A DNA stretch of 64,000 nt from an uncultured Flavobacteriales bacterium (lineage in GTDB: Bacteria > Bacteroidota > Bacteroidia > CAIKAF01). The position numbers and the translations under genes were made by a program. Below, in pieces: positions 18,163 to 27,426 of this stretch (the first letter of the stretch is position 1; each line of letters begins with the position of its first letter). The stretch is taken from the NCBI GenBank assembly GCA_903837495.1, contig CAILUT010000005.1:43782-107781 (forward strand), read 5' to 3'. A model generated the notes under the pieces. The model did no database searches and had not been told where the DNA came from. It was given only the letters and a program-made list of their open reading frames with translations.

Positions 18163-20212
18163 AAAAATGACCTCTGCATACCCCTTTCCCGCGGCCGGTG
18201 CCGGTTTGTTGTTTTTGGCAATATTGGCAGGCTGCAGCGGCATACAAAAGAAAGAAACAGATATGGCTATTGATGTTGCGTTGTTAGACAGTGCTTATAA
18301 ACCGACCGATGATTTTTTCGCTTTTGTAAACCAAAAGTGGATTGACTCCCACCCTATTCCTGCATCCAAAAGTTCTTGGGGCGCCTTTTATGAGCTTCGG
18401 GAACAGAGTTCGACGGCGCTTCGGGGCATTTTAGAAGAATCGGCCGAACAGGAGTACCCGGCTTCTGACCCGAGGTCAATTATTGGGGACTTTTGGATTG
18501 CGGCCATGGACTCGGCCCGGATTTCTGATTTAGGCTGGGCCCCTTTAATGCCCGACTTAAAGGCGTGGAAGCACGAAAGCGACCCAACGAAGCGGAGTAC
18601 TTTGTTGGCTATGCAACTAAAGCGCGGAGCGAAAGGCCCATTTGATGTTTATATATATCAGGATTTGAAGGATGCCACTCGCCAGGTATTGTATGTAAAT
18701 CAAGGCGGTTTGGGATTGCCTGACCGGGATTATTATTTTCGAACAGGGGAAAGGGCCGATGAAATTCGTGCCGAGTACCAATCCTATATTGGAAAGTTGC
18801 TTGAAAGCATTGGTTTGTACGATGCCTCTAACGCCAAGCGTTTATCGGCAGCGGTATATGGGATCGAGGTTCGGCTGGCCAAAGCATCTATGACATTAGA
18901 ACAACAACGGGACCCGTATGCCAGTTACCATCTGTTAAGTTTAGAAAAGGTGCAAAAAACCTATCCAGAATTGGATTGGAAAACCTTGTTCTTGCAGATG
19001 GGCATGGCCCCTACAGAATTGATTCTTGGGCAACCTGATTTTTTCAGGCAGCTGAACCAAGAGTACCGAGTGAATTCAGCTGAAATCTGGACCGCCTACC
19101 AGCAATTCCATTTGGCGAATTCGTTCGCCACAGAAATGCATCCTGAGGCGGAGGAATTGCATTTTGCGTTTTATGGGACATTTTTGAACGGCAAAAAAGA
19201 AATGGAACCCCGTTGGAAGCGAATGGCCGAATCGGCCGAGACCTATTTAAGGGATTTGTTGGGCAAAGAGTATGTAAAAAAGCATTTTGATGAGAGCGGG
19301 AAAGCCCGAGCCTTAGAGCTGGTAGAAAACCTAAAAAGTGCTTTGGCTGTTCGCATACAAAAACTGGATTGGATGGGCGACTCGACAAAGGTAGCTGCCC
19401 TTGACAAGCTGAACAAAGTCATGGTGAAAGTTGGATATCCAGACCAATGGAGGAGCTATGAAGGCTTGAAATTTTCTAAAACCGGTTTTTTGGAAAATGT
19501 TCGGGCGGCCGAAAGCTATGAGTTTTCAAGAATGGCGAAAAAGTTGGGCAAGCCTGTGGATCGGGCTGAGTGGTTTATGGGACCGCAAACGGTGAATGCG
19601 TATTACAATCCAACGTTAAATGAAATTGTGTTTCCTGCGGCTATATTGCAGCCCCCCTTCTTTTACCGGGAGGGCGATGATGCGGTAAATTATGGAGGAA
19701 TTGGGATGGTTATTGGGCATGAATTGACACATGGTTTTGATGACCAGGGCCGGTTGTTTGATGGCGATGGCAATTTGCGTTCTTGGTGGACGGCTCAAGA
19801 TGAAGCTGGATTTAAAGAGAAAACCAAGGCGTTTGTGGAATTGTACAACAGCTACGCCCCCCTGTCGAATGTGAACATCAATGGCACACTTACCTTGGGC
19901 GAGAACATTGCAGATCTTGGCGGGATGGTGATTGCCTGGGAGGCCTTTAAAATTGCCAGTGCTAAAAACCCGCAGCGTTCGGTTTCTGGATTGAGTCCAG
20001 AGCAGCGCTTTTTTCTAAATTTTGGTCAAATTTGGCGGGGGCATGACACCCCAAAAAGTTTAGAACAAAAACTGTACACCGATGTACATTCGCCGGCTAA
20101 ATATCGTGTAACTGGAGTTCTCTCGAATTTTGAACCGTTTTACGAAGTGTTTCAGGTAAAAAAAGGCGATGGGTTATTTATAGAACAAGGAAAGCGGTGC
20201 AGCATGTGGTAA
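18163..20212 (+). CDS. M13 family metallopeptidase (neprilysin/PepO-like), lipoprotein
   Basis: HELTHGFD zinc motif, GENIADLGG, NAYY. Start placed at ATG 18163, which gives lipoprotein signal MTSAYPFPAAGAGLLFLAILAGCSG. The upstream extension in the ORF track is unlikely. Confidence 0.85.
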
Positions 20213-20226
20213 ACCACAAAAACAGC

Positions 20227-20234
20227 TACCTTTG
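20227..20234 (+). promoter_or_regulatory. Bacteroidetes sigma-A -7 box TACCTTTG upstream of the kdsC-like/neuB-like pair
   Basis: Exact TAnnTTTG consensus 24 bp upstream of ATG 20258. Confidence 0.4.
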
Positions 20235-20257
20235 ATTTGGTTAAAGTTAAAAACGGA

Positions 20258-20776
20258 ATGGAAAAATACACCGAAGATGTATTGCAGCGCGCCCGGAAAG
20301 TTAAAATTGTAGTTACGGATTGCGACGGGGTTCTAACCGATACAGGGGTGTATTATTCCGAACAGGGTGAGGCGATGAAGCGCTTTAGTATTCGCGACGG
20401 AATGGGGGTTGAGCGCCTAAGAACCCAGTGTGGAATTGAAACGGCCATTATGACCGGAGAAGGTTCTGGCAGTGTGGTACGCCGGGCCGAAAAGCTCTCT
20501 ATTGTGCACCTGTTTTTGAATGCAAAAGACAAGCGCACGTTGCTCATCGACTTTTTGAACCATCAAAATCTTCTGCCGGAAAATCTAGCCTACATTGGCG
20601 ACGACACCAACGACCTGGAAGCGTTAGAGTTGGCAGGTTTAGCAGCCAGCCCTGCCGATGCCATGGCTATGGCCAAACAAAAAGCCCATTACATCTGTTC
20701 TGAGAAAGGTGGTTTTGGTGCTTTTCGCGATTTGGCTGAACTAATCATTTTTGCCCACCAATCTACCAACGAATAA
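20258..20776 (+). CDS. HAD-IIIA family phosphatase, KdsC/YrbI-like (KDO-8-P / KDN-9-P phosphatase family)
   Basis: IVVTDCDGVLTD motif I, GDDTNDLEA motif III. About 172 aa. Confidence 0.75.
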   Translation: MEKYTEDVLQRARKVKIVVTDCDGVLTDTGVYYSEQGEAMKRFSIRDGMGVERLRTQCGIETAIMTGEGSGSVVRRAEKLSIVHLFLNAKDKRTLLIDFLNHQNLLPENLAYIGDDTNDLEALELAGLAASPADAMAMAKQKAHYICSEKGGFGAFRDLAELIIFAHQSTNE

Positions 20777-20783
20777 AAACAAC

Positions 20784-21683
20784 ATGAGAAAAGTAATCCT
20801 TGCCGATGGCCGAATTATAGGTGATGGGGCTCCTGCCTTCATCATTGCTGAAATTGGAATAAACCACAATGGAGAAGTCAGCATTGCAAAAAAGTTGATT
20901 GATGCTGCGGTCGATGCCGGTTGCGATGCAGTAAAATTCCAAAAACGTACTCCAGAAATTTGCGTACCCAAAGACCAATGGGATAAAGAGCGGGACACGC
21001 CTTGGGGCCGAATGACCTACATTGATTACAAAAAACGGATTGAATTTGAAGCCGCTGAATTTGGTCAAATCGATGCCTATTGCAAAGAAAAAGGAATTCA
21101 TTGGTTTGCGTCTTGCTGGGATGAGCCCAGTGTTGATTTTATGGAACAGTTTAACCCTGTAATGTATAAGATGGCTTCGGCCTCGCTGACCGATTTGCCT
21201 TTGTTGACTAAGGTTCGCGCCACAGGTCGCCCCCTAATGTTGAGCACCGGCATGAGCAATATGCATGAAATTGAAACTGCCGTTCAGCATGTAGGCTCCC
21301 AAGATTTGATGATTGCGCATTCCACTTCTGCATATCCATGCCCTCCGGAAGAATTAAACATACGCATGATTCACACCTTGATGGACATGTATCGTACGGC
21401 ACCCATCGGATACAGCGGGCACGAAACAGGCCTCGCCACGACCGAAGCCGCAGTTGCCATAGGTGCGTCATTTGTTGAAAGGCATTTTACCCTTGACCGG
21501 GCTATGTGGGGCACTGACCATGCGGCCTCGGTTGAACCGGCTGGAATGGCCCGGTTGGTGCGCAACATTCGGGATATTGAATTGGCCATGGGCGATGGGA
21601 TAAAACGCATTTACGATTCTGAATTAGAGCCCCGCAAACGCCTACGCCGCGTAAGCCTAGAAGATCTGAAAAACAAAGGGTGA
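20784..21683 (+). CDS. NeuB-family sugar-phosphate synthase (N-acylneuraminate-9-P / KDN-9-P synthase-like, TIM-barrel only, no SAF domain)
   Basis: APAFIIAEIGINHNG...AVKFQK...GYSGHE NeuB signatures. 299 aa with no C-terminal antifreeze-like domain. Confidence 0.7.
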   Translation: MRKVILADGRIIGDGAPAFIIAEIGINHNGEVSIAKKLIDAAVDAGCDAVKFQKRTPEICVPKDQWDKERDTPWGRMTYIDYKKRIEFEAAEFGQIDAYCKEKGIHWFASCWDEPSVDFMEQFNPVMYKMASASLTDLPLLTKVRATGRPLMLSTGMSNMHEIETAVQHVGSQDLMIAHSTSAYPCPPEELNIRMIHTLMDMYRTAPIGYSGHETGLATTEAAVAIGASFVERHFTLDRAMWGTDHAASVEPAGMARLVRNIRDIELAMGDGIKRIYDSELEPRKRLRRVSLEDLKNKG

Positions 21684-21689
21684 TAATTT

Positions 21690-22673
21690 ATGGGCGATTT
21701 GTTTTCAAATTGGACTTGGAATGTAGAGACCATCAGCGGTGCGATTCTGCTGATGACTCCCTTCGTGTTCATTTTGTTGGAACGGTATTTCCCTTATCAG
21801 AAAGGTCTTTCCATTTTCCGAAAAGGGTTTTGGATTGACTTTGTATGGTACACCCTGATTCAAAGCTTCTTTTTAAAGATATTGATCTTCGATTTCATCA
21901 TTGCCCCAGCAGAGATTTCGCTAGGCATTGAAAAAAACGGGTACATCAGCCACTGGCCCATCTGGGCTATCGTTCTGTTTTTTGTGGTTACCCACGACTT
22001 CTATATTTATTGGTTTCATCGGTTTCAACACAGCAACGCTTGGTTTTGGCGCACGCACGAGGCACACCACTCCGTTGAAAATGTAGATTGGTTGGCGGGC
22101 AGCCGCTCCCATGTTGTAGAAATCATCATCAATCAAACCATTGAATTCCTTCCCATCTTCTTTTTGCTCGACATTGAAACAGCGGCCATTGTGGTTCCAA
22201 TTAAGGCTCTTATAGATGCCATTTGGGGGCAGTTTATACATGCCAATGTGGACATCAAATTAGGCAGACTGGGGTATTTGATAAATGGGCCGGAATTGCA
22301 CCAATGGCATCATGCCGACCATGCCGAGGTTTACCACGCGAACTTTTCGACGAAATTGGCAATTTGGGACTGGCTATTTGGCACCATTTACAAGCCTGGT
22401 TTTAAACCCCGACGGTTTGGAGTTTGGTATCGCTATCCAAGGGGTTGGGCAGAGCAGCATGTATTTTCGGTGTTTCGGTTTAATGTTGGAAAATGGGAAG
22501 ACGCCGGATTCGGAAAAACAATAACAAACCTGCGCATCAATCTGCTGAACAGGCTAAGGCCTTTTTTACCCAAGGCGTGGAAGCCAATCCGTTTGGATGG
22601 CTACGAAAAATACGGCCCTAAACCCGAGTTGTACGACAGATTGCCTTCGGATATATCGAGCAGAACAGCATGA
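21690..22673 (+). CDS. sterol desaturase / fatty acid hydroxylase superfamily membrane protein (paralog of 16008)
   Basis: HRFQHS, HEAHHS and HQWHHADH histidine boxes. Confidence 0.75.
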   Translation: MGDLFSNWTWNVETISGAILLMTPFVFILLERYFPYQKGLSIFRKGFWIDFVWYTLIQSFFLKILIFDFIIAPAEISLGIEKNGYISHWPIWAIVLFFVVTHDFYIYWFHRFQHSNAWFWRTHEAHHSVENVDWLAGSRSHVVEIIINQTIEFLPIFFLLDIETAAIVVPIKALIDAIWGQFIHANVDIKLGRLGYLINGPELHQWHHADHAEVYHANFSTKLAIWDWLFGTIYKPGFKPRRFGVWYRYPRGWAEQHVFSVFRFNVGKWEDAGFGKTITNLRINLLNRLRPFLPKAWKPIRLDGYEKYGPKPELYDRLPSDISSRTA

Positions 22674-23041
22674 CCCTTTTGTGGCTGAGTTTGGCTGCAC
22701 TTTGCCAAACAGCATGGATTTGGTCCACCACGAAATTGAGCGGGCAGGCCATCCGCGACGGGCTCCGATTTGGAACAAGATCTGCCCGTTGGAAGGCCTT
22801 TTCACCTTTGCTTGTTTATTTGGCCGCAGGCATTAGCAACGTGTGGATGCTAACCCTAGTGATGCGGGAATGGCCGGCTTCATTGACCTACGGAGTTTGG
22901 ACGGGATTGGTCATAGTGCTGGCAGCGGTTCGAGAATGGATGTTTGACAACAAGGCGCTCAGGCCTAAACAGGTCTTTTTTTTGTTTTTGATTTTTATAG
23001 GTACGGCTGGACTTCATTTTTTACACGGTGAAGACAAGTAA
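22670..23041 (+). CDS. SMR/DMT-superfamily small membrane transporter subunit
   Basis: About 120 aa, four TM helices. Overlaps its downstream paralog by 14 nt, like paired SMR systems. Confidence 0.45.
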   Translation: MTLLWLSLAALCQTAWIWSTTKLSGQAIRDGLRFGTRSARWKAFSPLLVYLAAGISNVWMLTLVMREWPASLTYGVWTGLVIVLAAVREWMFDNKALRPKQVFFLFLIFIGTAGLHFLHGEDK

Positions 23042-23396
23042 GCGGGCCTGGTTTTATTTGATAGCAGCCGCCCTGATGGAAGCCTGCTGGTTTTACAGCA
23101 TACAATGGATGCAGAAATTGTCCTGGCCCGGCCGCTTTCCTTGGATAGAAGGTCCAATGGAAGGCTGGTTGGGTTTGCTTGGCTATGCAGGATTTGGAAT
23201 AGCAAATGCCTTGTTTTTTTTAAAAGCCGCCAAGTCTATACCCGCGAGCATTGCCTTTGGTGTATGGACAGGATCTGCGCTGTTTGCAATGGTTTTAATC
23301 GACCATTTTTTCGGAATTCAACCCCTGGATGTTCTTAGGAGCCTTTGCTTGCTCTTCATATTTACGGGTGTTTTGGGATTAAAAAAGGAGAGTTAA
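23028..23396 (+). CDS. SMR/DMT-superfamily small membrane transporter subunit (pair partner)
   Basis: 122 aa, four TM helices, adjacent overlapping paralog. Confidence 0.45.
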   Translation: MKTSKRAWFYLIAAALMEACWFYSIQWMQKLSWPGRFPWIEGPMEGWLGLLGYAGFGIANALFFLKAAKSIPASIAFGVWTGSALFAMVLIDHFFGIQPLDVLRSLCLLFIFTGVLGLKKES

Positions 23397-23499
23397 GGGG
23401 CATTCCTTGGTTGCGGAATCAATTTCCCTTTAAGCCTCAACTGTTTCGGTTTTCTTTCTAAAATCGCTTTCGCCCCTGCCTTGTTTTACTAAACAAGTT

Positions 23500-24852
23500 T
23501 TAAAAAATTTGCAACAAATCAATTCCAGCCCAATTTCCACTGCTCATGCATAAAAAAACGGCATGGTTCTTCGATTCTGTTTCGATGCGGGCTTTAAATT
23601 TAGCGGGGTCTGAAAAAACCTGGTCGGGTTGAATTCCCAATGCCTCGGCTACCTCGGATGGATTCAGGATTGGGAGTCGTTTTATTTCAAGAGCATGCGG
23701 ATCATACAGCACCGCGATTGAATCGGCTCCCGAAAATGCGCCTTTGTATTCTGGCAAAAACACCTTACTTAAACTGCTGTAGGTATGCAATTCTAGCAAA
23801 GCCATCAGCCGGTGTTCTGGATAGGCTTCTCTAACCGCCTGAACGGTTGCCTTCACTTTAGAGGGGCTGTGAGCAAAGTCTTTGATGGCTAAAAAGCCCT
23901 GTTCCTCTATTCGCTTCCATTCTTCCATCCGTTTTGCTGCACCCGTAAAATGGCGCATAGAGGTTAACATGGCATGGTCTGAACCGCCTAGAATTCGGTT
24001 CACCAACAAGCCCGCGCCCAAATTTTGGATGTTGTGCCTGCCTTGAATGCCAACAGGATACTCCTGACCCTCATGTTGGATCAGTGCCGTATGTCCTTGG
24101 TACCGGTAAGGCAGGGTTTTATACGGATGCCTTTGGATGTCGTTTCGGGGGTGGTTTTTTACCAACGTCTCTAAATCGGTGTCTTCTTGACAGTAAACCA
24201 GATGGGCATTCGGCATCAGAGTGTCAATGAACCGGTAAAACTGATTTCGGTAATCGTCTAGCGTCTTAAACACATTCACGTGATCCCAGGCTATGCCTGT
24301 AATAACTCCAATGTGGCCTTGATAAACATGAAACTTAGGGATGGGTTGCCGGGCAGAGGACAGATATTCATCGCCCTCAATAACGGCCAATTTGGATTCT
24401 GGGTCAAACAAAACGGGGGACTCGAGTCCTGGAACGCTAGCCCCAACCAAACAATCAAACCGGATGTTCTGGGCTTGAAGTCCATGTATAATCATGGATG
24501 TGGTGGTGGTTTTCCCGTGGCTTCCACCCACAACAACGCGTGTCTTTTGCAAGGTATATTGGGTAAAAAAGGCGGGATAAGAATGTACGGGAATTCCTAT
24601 CTCTTCAGCTCGAAGCAGCTCTGGATTGTCGGCTTTAGCGTGCATGCCCAACACCACGGCATCTAAACCTGCATGCATGCGGTCGGGGAACCAGCCCTCG
24701 GTTGTCGGCAAAAGTCCAGCAAGCTGAAGCCGTGTCCTAGAAGGCTCAAAGATTTCGTCATCAGAACCTGTTATGGTGTGGCCTTCGCGTTGCAAGGCCA
24801 ATGCCAAATTGTGCATCGCGGCTCCGCCAATGGCAATAAAATGAATGTTCAT
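23500..24852 (-). CDS. mpl: UDP-N-acetylmuramate:L-alanyl-gamma-D-glutamyl-meso-diaminopimelate ligase (murein peptide ligase)
   Basis: MNIHFIAIGGAAMHNLALAL...GSHGKTTTTSM Mur ligase P-loop. 450 aa. Confidence 0.85.
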   Translation of the reverse strand: MNIHFIAIGGAAMHNLALALQREGHTITGSDDEIFEPSRTRLQLAGLLPTTEGWFPDRMHAGLDAVVLGMHAKADNPELLRAEEIGIPVHSYPAFFTQYTLQKTRVVVGGSHGKTTTTSMIIHGLQAQNIRFDCLVGASVPGLESPVLFDPESKLAVIEGDEYLSSARQPIPKFHVYQGHIGVITGIAWDHVNVFKTLDDYRNQFYRFIDTLMPNAHLVYCQEDTDLETLVKNHPRNDIQRHPYKTLPYRYQGHTALIQHEGQEYPVGIQGRHNIQNLGAGLLVNRILGGSDHAMLTSMRHFTGAAKRMEEWKRIEEQGFLAIKDFAHSPSKVKATVQAVREAYPEHRLMALLELHTYSSLSKVFLPEYKGAFSGADSIAVLYDPHALEIKRLPILNPSEVAEALGIQPDQVFSDPAKFKARIETESKNHAVFLCMSSGNWAGIDLLQIF

Positions 24853-24869
24853 TCTTTAAAGTAATAGAT

Positions 24870-25661
24870 CTACTGACAAGTAACGGTGGTTATAACGTGG
24901 CGGTTGGATGTTCCGCCACACCAAGTTGCATGGTAATTGCAATTGGGTTCATATCCAAAACAATTGTTCGTTGAAGGATATGCAATTTGAAAACTCTGGG
25001 CTCCAGAATATCCAATTGCCTGACAAAAACAATCGGCAGTTTGTTGGTCGGTCATTGGCCACCCATACTGACTTGTGCGAATTAAGTACTCCTGGCCCGA
25101 CTGAAAATAGTTGTAGGTGTTAACGGTAACCCCGGCACTGATGGTCATTTGAAGGGAGTCTTTTTCGCTGCAACCTATGCTGTTGTAGGCGGTTAAATAC
25201 ACCCAATAGGTGCCTGCTTGCGACCAAGTAACGCTGGGGTTGGAAGAACTTGAGGTGGCTGGGGTCCCACCCTGAAAAGACCAAGAATAAGAAGCAATGG
25301 TTCCTGGCTGGGCCGCGGCAAAAGGAACAGAAACGTTTGTACCAGCCGAAGTGTTGTTGACCGAAATGCTGGGGTTGGGCGGATTTTGGCAATCGCACAA
25401 TACCGCTTGCCAGCCCCCCTGAGGCAGATGCAATTCCAAGCATTGTGTACTTGTATTGAAAACCAAAAGGCCTGCAGCCGGATTCACAATGGCATTTCGC
25501 TGTTGGGTGGTCATGCGGGGCGGCAACAAGCCCCTGTCGGTAAAATCCACATCTAAGCCAGCGCTGGAATCGGCCGGTGCCGGATTCGGACCGATGCGCA
25601 CTCCTTGAGCCGAAAGGGAGAAAGGCAACAAAGCCAGGAAAATGAATGCCACGGTTTTCAT
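24870..25661 (-). CDS. hypothetical secreted protein (Cys-rich C-terminus)
   Basis: Signal peptide MKTVAFIFLALLPFSLSAQG. No recognisable catalytic motif. Confidence 0.5.
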   Translation of the reverse strand: MKTVAFIFLALLPFSLSAQGVRIGPNPAPADSSAGLDVDFTDRGLLPPRMTTQQRNAIVNPAAGLLVFNTSTQCLELHLPQGGWQAVLCDCQNPPNPSISVNNTSAGTNVSVPFAAAQPGTIASYSWSFQGGTPATSSSSNPSVTWSQAGTYWVYLTAYNSIGCSEKDSLQMTISAGVTVNTYNYFQSGQEYLIRTSQYGWPMTDQQTADCFCQAIGYSGAQSFQIAYPSTNNCFGYEPNCNYHATWCGGTSNRHVITTVTCQ

Positions 25662-26215
25662 TAAGGTATGATATTAAATTCGATGATGGATAATATATTG
25701 GAATTCGGGACGGTTGAACCTGCACTGATTTGAATAGGTTGGCAGAGAAAAGCAGAAGTGCGGTTGTCGCGGGTTACTGCATTTTGACCGACATTAACCG
25801 AGGCGGTATGCACACAAGGACTGGCAGGAACTTCAACAATAGTTCCGGCTGGGAGCCAAGTTATCAAGCCTGATCCCTGCCCCAGTTGATGCCCGTTTGC
25901 CGTCGGGGCCAGCACACCCCCACATGAAGAGAAGTTTATAGCCGTAGCCAAGGTTGAGCCTGATGTGGATCCTGAGCATGGATTTGGCGTTGTTCCGGAC
26001 CAGTTTGCTGTAAAGGTAGAGGTGGAGGATAAAAAATGCCGAGTTCCGTAGCTGTTTTGGGTAATTTTCCAAACCCTTCCCGCAGGTACCGTGTAGGGGC
26101 TGTTGCTGTTGTCGAGCAATAGAGCTTGATTAAATTGCAGGGAACCCTGGGCCCCAAGGACTCCAAAACTGAACAACAAAAACAAAAGAGGGAATCTTTG
26201 CAGGGGCAAATTCAT
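25661..26215 (-). CDS. hypothetical secreted protein
   Basis: Signal peptide MNLPLQRFPLLFLLFSFGVLGAQG. ATGA start/stop overlap with the downstream gene. Confidence 0.5.
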   Translation of the reverse strand: MNLPLQRFPLLFLLFSFGVLGAQGSLQFNQALLLDNSNSPYTVPAGRVWKITQNSYGTRHFLSSTSTFTANWSGTTPNPCSGSTSGSTLATAINFSSCGGVLAPTANGHQLGQGSGLITWLPAGTIVEVPASPCVHTASVNVGQNAVTRDNRTSAFLCQPIQISAGSTVPNSNILSIIEFNIIP

Positions 26216-26285
26216 AAAATTGGGAAGCAGGTTTTCAAAGGTGAAGGTACAAATAAAGATTTGTGGGGTGGAAGGAAAGGAGGGG

Positions 26286-26930
26286 TTAGGCCTCGGGCCT
26301 TACCCTGCACAGATAAATTCGTTTGGGGTTTAATGCCCGACTGCCAGCCCCAACAGGTTCCGTCATCTCGCCTATTCCATTGGTTCTTTTTTGTGAACTG
26401 CGGTAGCGAATGCCTGTAATATTTCCCTGACTGTCGCGCTCCCAGCCAAGAAACAGGGCCGAATGTCCTGTGTTGTTGTTTCGCCAAAACTGCAAAAAAT
26501 CACCCGGCAGAGCATCTTCCAAATTTACCTTTTGTCCCCATTTCCATTTTTCAAGCACATGAAGGCATTGGGTTTCTGCGGCAGCGTTTGTATTCCCGTA
26601 CCAATCTTGCTGTATGCTTCGCAAAGCCTGCAAGCTTAGTGTGTCGAAACAGCCATAGGATTGCATTACTTTAAAAAACACGGTAAAAGTAAATCCAGAA
26701 CAAAAGGTGCCAGACTTGCTTCTTTTTAAAAGGGTGTCGTTCCCATGCTTAAGGGCTTCTGGGCAGCCCGTACTGGACCAAATATATTCTCCACCATTGG
26801 GATAAAAATTAGCCTGGCTTAAAAATTCGGCATTTAAACTTTGAGCGTGCGGCATTGACTCTGAAAAAAGAGGAAGGAGGGACAAACAAATAAAAGCGGT
26901 TTTGGCTAACTGGTTCAAAAATCCTGACAT
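26286..26930 (-). CDS. hypothetical secreted protein with Cys...His dyad (possible CHAP/papain-like fold)
   Basis: Signal peptide. C in TFCSGFTF and H in NTGHSALFLGW are spaced as in CHAP/NlpC-like amidases. This assignment is tentative. Confidence 0.4.
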   Translation of the reverse strand: MSGFLNQLAKTAFICLSLLPLFSESMPHAQSLNAEFLSQANFYPNGGEYIWSSTGCPEALKHGNDTLLKRSKSGTFCSGFTFTVFFKVMQSYGCFDTLSLQALRSIQQDWYGNTNAAAETQCLHVLEKWKWGQKVNLEDALPGDFLQFWRNNNTGHSALFLGWERDSQGNITGIRYRSSQKRTNGIGEMTEPVGAGSRALNPKRIYLCRVRPEA

Positions 26931-27401
26931 TGCATTGCTTTCCGTTCATGAATTGAATTCGAAAATAATCATTTTGGGGGACTCCACGGCAGCACAGGGC
27001 AATCCCAGTCCGTGTAAATGGCAGGGCATTTTTTTAGAGCGGAATTTAAGGCGAAGGCATGACCGGCGCCTATAAACCTATTTATCTAAGATAGAGCACC
27101 GATTTGAAATTCCAAATCAACAGCCCGCCGCATGTTTCCAAACCCGATTTCCCTCAACCCCAAATCCCAAGCCCCAAAAAATGTGGGATATCCTTATCGC
27201 CTGTTTCAATCCTACGATTTCCGCTGCCTAAGCGCCCGAACCTATCCGTCAGATGGGAATAAAAGCAGCATTGAGAACCCAGATGAACACAAACAGCCAT
27301 GCGGCTGTTCTTGATTCGGCATCTGAAATTCGGGTATAACCTGTTTTTTTGCCGGCCGCATTGCGTTCAGTTCAAGACACAAACCGCCCCAAAATATTCC
27401 C

Positions 27402-27409
27402 TACCTTTG
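27402..27409 (+). promoter_or_regulatory. Bacteroidetes -7 box TACCTTTG upstream of lpdA
   Basis: Exact TAnnTTTG 18 bp upstream of ATG 27427. Confidence 0.4.
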
Positions 27410-27426
27410 CAGTAAATTGTCTTGCT

